From positions 89,097-153,096 of the forward strand of contig MNSZ01000064.1 in NCBI GenBank assembly GCA_001916715.1: a stretch of DNA of 64,000 nt, written 5' to 3'. The position numbers were made by a program, and so were the translations under genes. This stretch comes from Firmicutes bacterium CAG:24053_14 (lineage in GTDB: Bacteria; Bacillota; Clostridia; Oscillospirales; Oscillospiraceae). The notes under the pieces are model-generated. The model saw only the letters and a list, made by a program, of their open reading frames with translations, had not been told where the DNA came from and did no database searches. Shown piece after piece: positions 44,379-54,484 of the stretch. Position 1 is the first letter of the stretch. Every line of letters starts with the position of its first letter.

Positions 44379-44943
44379 TCCGCCCATGTTGCTGCAGGGG
44401 TCGCGCGCATCGCAAGTATGGTTCGGCTTATCAGCTCGTCAAGGCTCCAACCGAGCATATCCGCGCCACGCTCGATGACCTCGCGCGAGCAGCCGGCCGC
44501 AAAGTTTGCGCTTTTGTATTTCTTCTTAACGGATTTGAGCTCCAGATCGTCCACGCTCTTTGACGGGCGCATGATGGCAACAGCGCCTATGAGACCTGTG
44601 AGCTCATCCGTAGCATACAGGACCTTTTCCATAAGATGCTCGGGTTTTATATCGACCGTGATCGCATAGCCGTGGCTTGCCGTTGCATGGATTATTGACT
44701 CGTCAAGTCCCTCTTCGCGCATCAGCTCTTGGCTTTTAATGCAGTGCTGATCCGGATACTGCTCAAAATCAAGGTCGTGCAGCAGACCGACAACGCCCCA
44801 GAAATCTGCCTCGTCCGCATAGTCAAGCTCCTTTGCGAAGTGTTCCATAACACCGGAAACTATAAGTCCGTGCTTTATATGGAAAGGATCGGAGTTATAT
44901 TTTTTTGAGCAGCTCAAGAGCCTGTTCTTTGTTCGGAATCATG
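44375..44943 (-). CDS. HD-domain phosphohydrolase, N-terminus out of frame because of an A7 run (44897-44903)
   Basis: Strong AGGAGG-N8-ATG at 44943 gives MIPNKEQALELLKKI*. The main frame continues ..KKYNSDPFHIKHGLIVSGVMEHFA...LLHDLD (HD motif). Confidence 0.7.
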
Positions 44944-44972
44944 GGAAAAGCCTCCTGTGCTATTTGTGATAA

Positions 44973-45905
44973 TTAGTCGGCAAACAGCGGGGTGGAAAGA
45001 TAGCGGTCGCCGGTATCGGGGAGAAGAACAACGATCGTCTTGCCCTCGTTCTCGGGACGCTTTGCAAGCTCGATGGCAGCCCATACGGCAGCGCCGGAGG
45101 AAATACCGACCAGAACGCCTTCGCTCTTGCCGATCTCCTTGCCGGTTGTGAATGCGTCGTCGTTTTCGACGGGGATTATTTCGTCATAGATCTTGGTATC
45201 CAAAACGTCGGGAACAAAGCCAGCGCCGATGCCCTGTATCTTGTGCGAGCCTGCAACGCCTGTGGAGAGAACTGCGGAGCTTTTCGGCTCGACTGCAACG
45301 ACTTTGACATCGGGCTTCTTGGACTTGAGATACTGGCCGACGCCGGTCACGGTGCCGCCTGTGCCTACGCCGGCAACGAAGATGTCAACATTGCCGTCGG
45401 TGTCTGCGAAGATCTCGGGACCGGTGGTCTCAAAATGTGCTTTCGGGTTTGCGGCGTTTACAAACTGGCCGGGGATGAAGCTGTTGGGGATCTCCTTTGC
45501 AAGCTCATCGGCCTTCGCGATGGCGCCCTTCATGCCCTTTGCACCCTCGGTGAGCACAAGCTCTGCGCCGTATGCCTTCATAAGCTGGCGACGCTCAACG
45601 CTCATGGTCTCGGGCATTACTATGATTATGCGATAGCCTCTTGCCGCAGCTACGGATGCAAGACCGATGCCGGTATTGCCGCTGGTCGGCTCAATGATAA
45701 CGGAATCGGCATTGAGAAGCCCCTTGGCCTCTGCGTCGTCGATCATTGCCTTTGCGATCCTGTCCTTAACGGAGCCGGCCGGGTTGAAGTACTCAAGCTT
45801 TGCGAGTATCTTGGCTTTCAGGTCGTGCTTCTTTTCAATGTGGGTAAGCTCAAGCAGAGGAGTGGAACCAATAAGCTGATCGGCGGAAGTGTATATTTTA
45901 GACAT
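44973..45905 (-). CDS. cysK: Cysteine synthase A (O-acetylserine sulfhydrylase)
   Basis: [12 protein letters not shown] (PLP lysine) and the GTGGT loop. 310 aa. Confidence 0.92.
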   Translation of the reverse strand: MSKIYTSADQLIGSTPLLELTHIEKKHDLKAKILAKLEYFNPAGSVKDRIAKAMIDDAEAKGLLNADSVIIEPTSGNTGIGLASVAAARGYRIIIVMPETMSVERRQLMKAYGAELVLTEGAKGMKGAIAKADELAKEIPNSFIPGQFVNAANPKAHFETTGPEIFADTDGNVDIFVAGVGTGGTVTGVGQYLKSKKPDVKVVAVEPKSSAVLSTGVAGSHKIQGIGAGFVPDVLDTKIYDEIIPVENDDAFTTGKEIGKSEGVLVGISSGAAVWAAIELAKRPENEGKTIVVLLPDTGDRYLSTPLFAD

Positions 45906-46039
45906 GATATTATCTCCTTAAAATTAAATAGTAAAATGTTTTTTATGATTCTTTTTGTTATGTGGATCAGATACTTTCAAGGGTCCGACATCGGAAGACA
46001 ATATATGCTGCCATATTGATTACCTCGATTCAAAATAAA

Positions 46040-46063
46040 TACCACTAACTTAGTAGGTTGGTA
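46040..46063. promoter_or_regulatory. Imperfect palindrome overlapping the cysK transcription start (candidate Rrf2/CymR-type operator)
   Basis: TACCACTAACTTAGTAGGTTGGTA lies immediately downstream of the -10. Confidence 0.35.
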
Positions 46064-46065
46064 GC

Positions 46066-46094
46066 ATTATAAGTCTGCGTTTTGCATTTGTCAA
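46066..46094 (-). promoter_or_regulatory. Sigma-A promoter of cysK
   Basis: On the minus strand: TTGACA, a 17-nt spacer, then TATAAT. Confidence 0.7.
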
Positions 46095-46284
46095 TAGCTT
46101 TGCGAAAAAAGTTGAAAAAAGAAGTTGTAAAAAACGCACAAAATAGCAAGAACGTAAATGGCAATTATGACGAATGAATATTAACCGCTTGATATTATTA
46201 AGAATACTACTTATTATTACAAGTGACGGCATCAGTTAAAGCAAGCTGTACTTGCTGATGTATAAGGAAAAATACGGAGGAAAT

Positions 46285-47346
46285 ATGAAAAAGAGATTAT
46301 TAAGCTGGCTGCTCGTGCTGGTAATGGTTATGAGCATAGCACCAATGAGCGCCCTTGCGGCTGAAAATAATGAACCTGCATGGGAACAGTATGTAATGAG
46401 CGCCGTTGACTATGAACATGCCCGGTTTTCTTTTGCGGCAGTGTTCGGCAAGAGCGTTAATATCACAAAGACCGGCATTGACCTTTATAACAGCACCGGG
46501 AAACTCACTTATTCTGCTAAGGATGATGTGAACATATCATCATCGCGGATTAAGATCGATTACACCGTGCCGTATAGGGGAAAGACCCTGATGACGGCCG
46601 AGCTTTATGTAGTTGCCGATGGCGAAAAATATGTGTATAGCTTTGAGTTTAATATGATCCACATTCATGATACGGGTGATAAGATCATTGAACCTACATG
46701 CACCGAAAAAGGGTATACGCTGCATGGATGCACCTGTGACACTTCCGCATATAAAGATACCTACACTCCTGCCCTCGGCCATGAGTTTGTTGATGGCAAA
46801 TGCATACGCTGCGGCATTGATGTACTCGATGCGTTTACGGATGTGAAGAGGGACTCGTATTGCGCCGACGCGGTGCAGTGGGCGGTGGCAAACGGCATAA
46901 CAAAGGGTACGGACGCGACGCATTTTTCGCCGAACGCAGGCTGCACGCGCGGCCAGGTTGTGACCTTCCTCTGGCGCGCCGCCGGTGAGCCGACCGTCGG
47001 CGGAAACGTCGGATTTGTTGACGTGGCGCCCGGCTCTTACTGCTACGAGGCCGTCAAATGGGCAGTCGCAAACGGCATAACCAAGGGAACCGACGCAACG
47101 CACTTCTCGCCGAACGCGACCTGCACACGCGGTCAGGTGGTAACGTTCATGTATCGCGCCGAAGGTGAACCGGCAGTCGGCGGAAACGTCGGATTTGTTG
47201 ACGTAGCGCCCGGCTCATATTGCTACGAGGCCGTCAAATGGGCAGTGGCAAACGGTATAACGAAGGGCACGGACGCAACGCATTTCTCCCCGAACGCTAC
47301 CTGCACTCGCGGCCAGGTCGTAACATTCCTGTACAGAGCACAGTAA
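46285..47346 (+). CDS. SLH-domain cell-surface protein
   Basis: Signal peptide MKKRLLSWLLVLVMVMSIAPMSALA, a Cys-rich module, and three C-terminal SLH-like repeats paralogous to those at 20.4-21.0 kb. Confidence 0.8.
   Translation: MKKRLLSWLLVLVMVMSIAPMSALAAENNEPAWEQYVMSAVDYEHARFSFAAVFGKSVNITKTGIDLYNSTGKLTYSAKDDVNISSSRIKIDYTVPYRGKTLMTAELYVVADGEKYVYSFEFNMIHIHDTGDKIIEPTCTEKGYTLHGCTCDTSAYKDTYTPALGHEFVDGKCIRCGIDVLDAFTDVKRDSYCADAVQWAVANGITKGTDATHFSPNAGCTRGQVVTFLWRAAGEPTVGGNVGFVDVAPGSYCYEAVKWAVANGITKGTDATHFSPNATCTRGQVVTFMYRAEGEPAVGGNVGFVDVAPGSYCYEAVKWAVANGITKGTDATHFSPNATCTRGQVVTFLYRAQ
46996..47343 (+). repeat. Near-identical 180-bp tandem duplication encoding SLH repeats 2 and 3
   Basis: GTCGGCGGAAACGTCGGATTTGTTGACGT.GCGCCCGGCTC... 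recurs at 46996 and 47176. Confidence 0.85.
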
Positions 47347-47360
47347 GCGCAAAGAATACA

Positions 47361-47394
47361 AACGCACCGCACGAAATTCGTGCGGTGCGTTTTC
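47361..47394. terminator. Bidirectional terminator
   Basis: Stem AACGCACCGCACG/CGTGCGGTGCGTT followed by a T-run. Confidence 0.85.
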
Positions 47395-47414
47395 TTATCA
47401 AATTTCAATGTTTA

Positions 47415-49505
47415 TCAGCTGTGCATGAGACCGGCGGTTTTTGCCTTGCTCTCGTTGAAGCGCTTCAGGAATGGCTTGAAGGCCGTGTGCAGCAGGATGC
47501 CTGCCGGGATCGCGATAGCCGCCATGAGCAGCAGAACGAGGATACATTTGAAATAGGTGCCGTTGTAGCTGCCTGCGATAGTTTCGCGCATTGCGTTCAT
47601 CGAATACTTAAACGGCATCACACCGTAAAGCACCTGGAAGAACTTCGGCAGCATCTCGACGGGGTAGGTGCCGCCGGAGCCTGCGACCTGAATGACCAGT
47701 ACGATGATCGAGAACGCCTCGCCGACATTGCCGAATGCGAACACGAAGCCGTAGTTTACAAGCGTCGCGACAAGGCTCGCGAGCGCCGCGGCAAGCCAGA
47801 ACAGGAACGGGTTATAGCACTGGATGCCGATGTAGAAGAGGTTGCCGAGCACGGTTATGAGCGCCGTGAGCTGGCCGATCGCGAAGAAAACGAAGTATCG
47901 GCCGAAGTAGGCTTCCGTGGTCGTGAGCGTGGGGAATTCCGAACGGCGCTTGATGTGCGGATGCATGAGGCTGACGCTCAGCAGCGCGCTTGCCCAGATG
48001 GCCAGAACGGTGTAGAACGGTGCCATGCCGGAGCCGAAGTTTTCGAGCGCGTATACCCTGACGACCTCGAGGTTAGCCGGGGAGGAGAGGTATTCAACAA
48101 GGCTGCTGACGTCGTTTTGCATGAGGTCGAGGATATTTGAAACACTCTCGGACGAGCGCAGCTCGTTAACGTTTGCCTGAACGTTCGTGACAAGTTCGAG
48201 CATGGTGTTCATGACCTCGCGAGTGCCGTTTATGCTCTGCGTGCAGGAGCCGAGGGCAGAGGTGAACTGCTGCAGCGTGAGCGCCTGACTGTTGACGTCG
48301 CCTTGGATCTGCGCGATAAGTGAATCGAGGTTATCCAGCGACGACTGGAGCGTGGTCATGGAGTTTATGAGGTTGCTGTCAATATTGGTCTGCTGAAGAA
48401 TATCGTCAAAGCGGATGACGCTTTCGTGCAGCTGTTTGTTTACGTCGTAGTACAGATCGTCAAGGATCTCGCCCTCGTATTCGTTTATGCCGCCCTCGCC
48501 GTAGAGCGCGTCCCAATCGATATACGAGCTGCCGGCACCGGCCGGGTCGCCGCCGGTCGCCTCGTCAAGGCGTTCGATGGTGTTGCGTAGCTGCTCGGAG
48601 CTGTTTCTTATGGCGTCGGCCGAGTAGATGACATCCTCCTTGCTGGTCGCGAGGCGATCCTGCATGTTGGATATGCTCTTGCGGCTGTTGTTGAGCATAT
48701 TCACGACGTCGGGCAGGAGATTGCTGGTCATCGTCGTTACGTTCAGCGCCGACTGCGTGACCGCTGCCATGGAGTCCATGATGGAAACATAGGTGCGCAG
48801 GTCGGTTTTTATATCCTCAAGCTGCTCGTCCAGACCGTCCAGCGACAGGGAAGCGTCGCTGCCGATGCCGGAGAACACTGAGGTGAAGTTTGAAAGCTCG
48901 TCAACGATGGAGGCGAGGAAAATGCTGTTTACCTCGTTCTTGACGATGCTCTGAGCGCGGTCGGTAACACGGGAAGCAACGGCGTTCATCTTCTGGTTAT
49001 CGTAGTAGATGATCTCGGGCGTTTCAAACTCGCCGTCGGTAAAGCCGAGCAGAGAATCACTGAAATCGGCCGGGATGACGAGACCGGCGTAGTAATCGCC
49101 GCTGTACAGGCCGTCCTGCACCGCCTGCTCGGAATCGACAAACTGCCAGTTGATCTGGTTGTTGCCTTTGAGCTTTTCTATAATGATGTTGCCGACATTG
49201 AGGTCAAGCCCCACGAACGTGGTGCCCTCGTCCTCGCTCGCAACGGCGATGGTGAGGTTCTTCGTCGAATCTGGGGTGTACGGATCCCAGTTCGAGATGA
49301 TGTTGAACCATGCATACAGGCACGGGATCAGAGCCAGACCGAAGACGCAGACGATCGCAACAACGCTCTTACTCAGACGCTTAATATCCGAACGGATGAT
49401 GGCTAAGACGTTTGAAGTTTTGTCTTTTAATTTGTTCATCGCATTACTCAGCTTTCGTAGAGTGTTATTCGTCCTTGCCGGTCGGTGCTTCTTCATAGTT
49501 GTCAT
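47415..49505 (-). CDS. YhgE/Pip domain-containing membrane protein (paralog 1)
   Basis: N-terminal TM with the AWFNIISNWDPY motif, a long helical ectodomain, and a C-terminal ABC-2-type bundle of 5 TM helices. Confidence 0.85.
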   Translation of the reverse strand: MTTMKKHRPARTNNTLRKLSNAMNKLKDKTSNVLAIIRSDIKRLSKSVVAIVCVFGLALIPCLYAWFNIISNWDPYTPDSTKNLTIAVASEDEGTTFVGLDLNVGNIIIEKLKGNNQINWQFVDSEQAVQDGLYSGDYYAGLVIPADFSDSLLGFTDGEFETPEIIYYDNQKMNAVASRVTDRAQSIVKNEVNSIFLASIVDELSNFTSVFSGIGSDASLSLDGLDEQLEDIKTDLRTYVSIMDSMAAVTQSALNVTTMTSNLLPDVVNMLNNSRKSISNMQDRLATSKEDVIYSADAIRNSSEQLRNTIERLDEATGGDPAGAGSSYIDWDALYGEGGINEYEGEILDDLYYDVNKQLHESVIRFDDILQQTNIDSNLINSMTTLQSSLDNLDSLIAQIQGDVNSQALTLQQFTSALGSCTQSINGTREVMNTMLELVTNVQANVNELRSSESVSNILDLMQNDVSSLVEYLSSPANLEVVRVYALENFGSGMAPFYTVLAIWASALLSVSLMHPHIKRRSEFPTLTTTEAYFGRYFVFFAIGQLTALITVLGNLFYIGIQCYNPFLFWLAAALASLVATLVNYGFVFAFGNVGEAFSIIVLVIQVAGSGGTYPVEMLPKFFQVLYGVMPFKYSMNAMRETIAGSYNGTYFKCILVLLLMAAIAIPAGILLHTAFKPFLKRFNESKAKTAGLMHS

Positions 49506-49896
49506 ACTCGAAGCTTCCGGCTTTATCGTCGTTTTCCGGCGAGCGGCTGCGTATTGACTCGCGTATCGCCTCGGCTCTCGGATCGGAGCCGGCGGCGCTT
49601 TCGGCGATCTTCGGCTGTTCGCTGCCGCTTTGTTCGACCCGTGTTATCATTTTTCTTAGCGTATAGTCCTGATACTCAATAACGATGAGGATTGCGGCTA
49701 TGATAAACATTGAGACTATCCACAAAACGAGGAAGATCGTTTTTGAGCTGTTGGTGAAAAACAGCATCACGAGGAAGATTGTCGGAACGATCAGCAGACT
49801 GCGCAGCGCCATTTTCATGCGTCTGACGTTGTTGTCGTGCATCTGCCGCAGGCACGCCATCAGCTCGTTATACTTTTTTTCGTACTGAGTATCCAT
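49465..49896 (-). CDS. Small two-TM membrane protein with an acidic tail (hypothetical)
   Basis: Lies between the two YhgE/Pip genes and overlaps the downstream one by 41 nt. Confidence 0.5.
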   Translation of the reverse strand: MDTQYEKKYNELMACLRQMHDNNVRRMKMALRSLLIVPTIFLVMLFFTNSSKTIFLVLWIVSMFIIAAILIVIEYQDYTLRKMITRVEQSGSEQPKIAESAAGSDPRAEAIRESIRSRSPENDDKAGSFEYDNYEEAPTGKDE

Positions 49897-49916
49897 AATG
49901 ATTGCTCCTGTAGTTT

Positions 49917-52469
49917 TTACATCATTTCCGTCTTGTCAAGCTGTTCGTTCATGTACTTGTTTATGCCGCCAAGAGGGCGCTTTGCGAATATGCCGATGAG
50001 CAGGCCGATAACGAAGAACAGCATAAGCTGCAATATGTATATCAGATACTGATTCTGATACAGACCGGCTATAGCCTCGCGCATTGCATTTATCGCGTAG
50101 GGGAAGGGGAAGAACAGGTAGACCTGCTGGAAGAAGTTTGGCAGCAGCTCGATGGGGTATGAGCCGCCGGAGCCGGCTATCTGAATGATAAGTATGACGA
50201 CGATCAGCGCTCTGCCGATGTTGCCGAAGGCAACGGCAAAGGCGTATGCCAGCATCGAGCACGCCATCGAGGTGAATACGCCCGACAGCAGAAGCAGACC
50301 GGGATGCACACAGTCAACGCCCAGAATGATGAGGTTGCCGAGCATGGTTATAAGCGTCTGAATCTGGCTGAGCACGAAGAACAGCAGGTAACGTCCGAAG
50401 AAGCGCTGCTTTTCGGTGGCCTCGGGAACGGGGATGGGCGCGTCGCACTTGAGTATCGCGTTGAGTATGACGCAGCCGACCCAGATAGCGAGCATGGAGT
50501 AGAACGGCGTCATTGCCGCGCCGTAGGACTCAACGGGGTATACGGACTTCGATACCATGGAAACGGGGCTTGAGAGGAACGAGCCGATGCTCTCGGGATC
50601 GACGTTCAGGAAGTCGAATACGTTCTGAAGCGTGCCGTTTTCGGGGTTGCCGTCGAGCATCTCGATGAAATCATCGATCCTGCCGCTGTAGGAGGTGATC
50701 AGATCCTTGACCTGAATAAGAGCGTTGTTGACTGCGCCGAAGGTGTTGCCAAGCTCTTTGACGATGGGCGTTGTCTTGCCGAGAATGCCGTTGAGGTCAA
50801 GCAGCAGAGCGGATACCTCGCCCAGACTGTCCTGAAGATTGTTGAGCATCGTGTCGAGCATGGGGTAAACGTTCTCGGTGAGGGTAACGCGGACGGTGCC
50901 GAGAGCGTCGCTTATAAGCTGCAGATCGCGAATAAGGTCGATGTCGCGGTTGCCGCTGAGAATATCGTCGAGGATAGCGCCGGCGTCCTTTGCGTCGCTC
51001 TGCGCGCTGTCAATGGCGCCGGTAACGCCGGAGGTGTCGCTTCCGCTTGCGGTTCCTACAGCCTCGGCCGTTGCGCCGAGTGCGGTGATCTCCTGCTCAA
51101 CGACTCTGGTGTCGCTCTGCGCGGCGAGGAGTGCCTCCTGGCGCACCTCGGGATCGGAGGTGCTCTGTGCCTTGGAGAGGTTTGCCTGAATGCTCTGGAT
51201 GCGCTCGTTGGTGTCTTCCTTCATGAAGCCGACGAGCGACTCCATCGACTGCTGAGTCTGCGTCGCGTCGTTGAGATCCTCGTAGTCATAGCCGGTGACG
51301 GCCTTGTAAACTGCCGGAACGGCGACGGTCTCATAGTCGGTTTTCACGGCTTCGATAGCGCTCTTGTTGTGCGCCGCGAGAACTCTTGTCTGCTGTGCGT
51401 CGGTGAGGCCGCCGTTGAGGCCAAGCTTATCGCGCAGCTGAGTGATCTTGTCGGTGAGCTTGTTGAGCGCAGTGAGTGCGTCCTCGACCTCTGTGTTTGT
51501 AAGACCCGAGTGGGTGAGGTAGTCGATAAGCTCCTTGTACTGAGCTTCAAGCTCCGCAAGAGCCGCCTTTGCGGCTTCCGCATCCTCGGTGCCGCCGTTA
51601 TAGAGCCTGTCGAGCTTGTATATTGCCTCGTTGACAGAGTCCTGCAGCTCGGTGAGCATGCGGTTGACCTCGTCGTTTATAAGCGCAAGATCCTTCTTTG
51701 TGTCTTCGATATATACTATCTGCTTTGAAATGTTCACTCTCTCGTTGCCGATGAGGTAAATTGAATAGTTCAGAGTGTTATTCGTGCGCTGGAGAGTGTC
51801 GATAAGCGAGTTATTCGCGGAAATAAACTGATCGATGGTGCCGCTGTAGCTTATGAGATTATCGTTTATCTTCTTGAGCGTGTTCTTGAGCATCTCGGCA
51901 GAGGAGCTGCCCTGCACGTCGGAGGAGAAGGAGTTGAGCTTGTCAAACAGCGTTTCGACGACCGTGGAAATGTACTTTTCGTTTACGATCTTCTTGACCT
52001 TATCGCCGGCGGCCTCGACGACCTTGACGGCAACGGCGTTGGTCTTTTCGTTCTGATAGAACTTGATCGTGGGGTTGTACATATCCGTAGTCAGGAAGTT
52101 GTACATATTATATGTAAAGTCGGGCTCGATGATAATTGCTGCGTAATATTTGCCTGCATAGAGATCCTTGACCGCCTTATCGGCGTCGTCGAGGAACACA
52201 AATCCGAAGTTTTCGTCATCCTTGATCTCTTCAATAAGAGCTTTGCCCATGTTTACGATGTTGCCGTCGGAATCCATATAGTCCTTATCGTTTGAAACAA
52301 CGGCTATGGAAACATCCTTGGTTTTCCCATACGGATCCCAGAACGCATAGATGTTGAACCATGCGTACAGGGCCGGCAGTATAAGGATCGCCAGGATGAT
52401 GAGGAAGGCGAAGAAGTTCTTATAAAGCGCCCTCAGATCATGTTTGAAAATCCTGAAAATATTACGCAT
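49917..52469 (-). CDS. YhgE/Pip domain-containing membrane protein (paralog 2, longer ectodomain)
   Basis: Start MRNIFRIFKHDL after AGGAG, AWFNIYAFWDPYG motif, a coiled-coil ectodomain of about 550 aa, and a C-terminal ABC-2-like TM bundle. Confidence 0.85.
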   Translation of the reverse strand: MRNIFRIFKHDLRALYKNFFAFLIILAILILPALYAWFNIYAFWDPYGKTKDVSIAVVSNDKDYMDSDGNIVNMGKALIEEIKDDENFGFVFLDDADKAVKDLYAGKYYAAIIIEPDFTYNMYNFLTTDMYNPTIKFYQNEKTNAVAVKVVEAAGDKVKKIVNEKYISTVVETLFDKLNSFSSDVQGSSSAEMLKNTLKKINDNLISYSGTIDQFISANNSLIDTLQRTNNTLNYSIYLIGNERVNISKQIVYIEDTKKDLALINDEVNRMLTELQDSVNEAIYKLDRLYNGGTEDAEAAKAALAELEAQYKELIDYLTHSGLTNTEVEDALTALNKLTDKITQLRDKLGLNGGLTDAQQTRVLAAHNKSAIEAVKTDYETVAVPAVYKAVTGYDYEDLNDATQTQQSMESLVGFMKEDTNERIQSIQANLSKAQSTSDPEVRQEALLAAQSDTRVVEQEITALGATAEAVGTASGSDTSGVTGAIDSAQSDAKDAGAILDDILSGNRDIDLIRDLQLISDALGTVRVTLTENVYPMLDTMLNNLQDSLGEVSALLLDLNGILGKTTPIVKELGNTFGAVNNALIQVKDLITSYSGRIDDFIEMLDGNPENGTLQNVFDFLNVDPESIGSFLSSPVSMVSKSVYPVESYGAAMTPFYSMLAIWVGCVILNAILKCDAPIPVPEATEKQRFFGRYLLFFVLSQIQTLITMLGNLIILGVDCVHPGLLLLSGVFTSMACSMLAYAFAVAFGNIGRALIVVILIIQIAGSGGSYPIELLPNFFQQVYLFFPFPYAINAMREAIAGLYQNQYLIYILQLMLFFVIGLLIGIFAKRPLGGINKYMNEQLDKTEMM

Positions 52470-52798
52470 ATCGGACAATACTCCTGTCAAACTTAAGAGT
52501 AGTATAATACGAAGATGAGCCGAAAACGGCTGCAAATTGTCGATTACAAAACGGTAACGATTTAGATACAAGGGTATTGTACAAGTAATTAAAATAATTG
52601 TCAAGTAGACATAACCACATAAATACATAAAATTTTTGCATGATTGTGGTCAGTAAAAATCACGACACAACATCTTGTATGTACAAAGATTTTAGCAGGA
52701 ATTACATGCTCCGAGCGGGAATATAACGGCGCATTGCGGCAATGATAAGTAACGGGTCAAGAAACCGTACCCAATACAGAAAAGGAGATGTAAAAGCT

Positions 52799-52999
52799 AT
52801 GTCTAACAATTCCAGCAATCATCTTGTTGTCCCTGCTGCACGCGAGGCAATGGAGAAGTTCAAAATGGAAGCTGCAAACGAGGTCGGCGTAAATCTCAAG
52901 AACGGCTATAACGGCGATATCACCGCCCGCCAGGCCGGCTCCGTCGGCGGCCAGATGGTCAAGAAGATGATTCAGGCATACGAAAACGGCCTTAAGTAA
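52799..52999 (+). CDS. Alpha/beta-type small acid-soluble spore protein
   Basis: MSNNSSNHLVVPAAREAMEKFKMEAANEVGV...ITARQAGSVGGQMVKKMI. AAGGAG RBS. Confidence 0.9.
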   Translation: MSNNSSNHLVVPAAREAMEKFKMEAANEVGVNLKNGYNGDITARQAGSVGGQMVKKMIQAYENGLK

Positions 53000-53016
53000 T
53001 CCGAAGAGAGCAAAAG

Positions 53017-53052
53017 AAAAAGCGATGCCTGCATTTTGCAGGCATCGTTTTC
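53017..53052. terminator. Bidirectional terminator between the SASP gene and obg
   Basis: Stem CGATGCCTGCA/TGCAGGCATCG flanked by A- and T-runs. Confidence 0.85.
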
Positions 53053-53072
53053 TACATTATTAAAATATGACG

Positions 53073-54356
53073 TCAGTCGCGGTATTCAAACTCAAGATTA
53101 TAGATGCTAACTGTGTCACCGTCCTGAATACCCATATCCTCCATGCGCTGATAAACTCCGTTATCGCGCAGGACGCGGTCGAAGTACATCATGCTCTCGT
53201 TGTCCGAGAAGTTGACGGAAGACATAAGGCGCTGGAGCCAGCCGCCCTCGACGACCCACACGTCGTCATACTTTTCGATCGTAAGATCCTCGGACGTGTC
53301 GATCACGGGTTCGGGCGGTACATAGTCGGCCTCGAAGCGAATGACCGGGGGAAGCTCGCTGAGCATCTCGGAGGCCATATTCACAAGCTCGTGCGTTCCG
53401 CTGTGAGTTGCGGCGCTCATCTCGAAAAACTCATAGCCGAGAGCCTCAACATGCGCCTTGAGCCGCTCGATATTCTCGCGGTCGTCGCCGCAGAGGTCGC
53501 ACTTGTTTGCGGCAACTATCTGCTTGCGCTCGGAAAGCTCGGCGGAGTATTCCTTAAGCTCCGCGTTTATGGCGTCGAAATCCGCAACGGGATCGCGCCC
53601 CTCGGAGCCTGAAACGTCAACAAGATGTATCAGCAGACGGCAGCGGTCGATGTGGCGCAGAAAATCGTGGCCGAGACCGGCGCCCTCGGAAGCGCCCTCG
53701 ATTATTCCGGGTATATCGGCCATTACAAACGAGCGTCCCTCATCGACGTACACAACGCCGAGGTTCGGGAACAGTGTTGTAAAGTGGTAGTTTGCGATCT
53801 TCGGGTGCGCCTTGCTGACAACCGAGAGCAGGGTGGATTTGCCGACGTTCGGGAAGCCGACGAGACCAACATCGGCAAGAAGCTTAAGCTCAAGCGTTAT
53901 ATCGTGCGCCTCGCCGGGGAGACCCGGCTTTGCAAAACGGGGGACCTGCCTTGTCGGAGTGGCAAAATGCTTGTTGCCCCAGCCGCCCTTGCCGCCGCGA
54001 GCCGCGACAAAGTCCTTGCCGTCCGACATGTCGTGCATTATGCCGCCGGTCTCGGTATCGCGCACGAGGGTGCCGCGCGGAACGCGGATATACAGACTGT
54101 CGCCGTCCTTACCCGAGCAGCGCTTGCCCTGACCGTCCGCGCCGTTTCCGGCAACGTACTTGCGCTTGTATCTGAAGTCCATCAGTGTGGACATGTTATC
54201 GTCAACGACGAAAACGATATCGCCGCCGCGGCCGCCGTCGCCGCCGTCGGGACCGCCGGCCGCAACATACTTTTCGCGATGGAACGCGACCGCGCCGTTG
54301 CCGCCGTTGCCGGCCTTTATCGTTATTCGTGCTTTATCAACAAAAGAGGTAGCCAT
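53073..54356 (-). CDS. obg: GTPase ObgE/CgtA
   Basis: Obg fold with a Gly-rich N-terminus, G1 GFPNVGKST, and a C-terminal OCT domain. Confidence 0.93.
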   Translation of the reverse strand: MATSFVDKARITIKAGNGGNGAVAFHREKYVAAGGPDGGDGGRGGDIVFVVDDNMSTLMDFRYKRKYVAGNGADGQGKRCSGKDGDSLYIRVPRGTLVRDTETGGIMHDMSDGKDFVAARGGKGGWGNKHFATPTRQVPRFAKPGLPGEAHDITLELKLLADVGLVGFPNVGKSTLLSVVSKAHPKIANYHFTTLFPNLGVVYVDEGRSFVMADIPGIIEGASEGAGLGHDFLRHIDRCRLLIHLVDVSGSEGRDPVADFDAINAELKEYSAELSERKQIVAANKCDLCGDDRENIERLKAHVEALGYEFFEMSAATHSGTHELVNMASEMLSELPPVIRFEADYVPPEPVIDTSEDLTIEKYDDVWVVEGGWLQRLMSSVNFSDNESMMYFDRVLRDNGVYQRMEDMGIQDGDTVSIYNLEFEYRD

Positions 54357-54444
54357 ATTTCACCTCGCAAAATTCAAAAATAATATTCATCTAATGCGGC
54401 TTCTTCAAACCGATACGGCTGCCCGAAGCAATATGGCATTAAAT

Positions 54445-54472
54445 GAAATGCCGGACGATTTTCGTCCGGCAT
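54445..54472 (-). terminator. Hairpin after rpmA (terminator or attenuator before obg)
   Basis: Stem ATGCCGGACG/CGTCCGGCAT, followed by T-rich sequence on the minus strand. Confidence 0.55.
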
Positions 54473-54484
54473 CGTCATGTTAAT

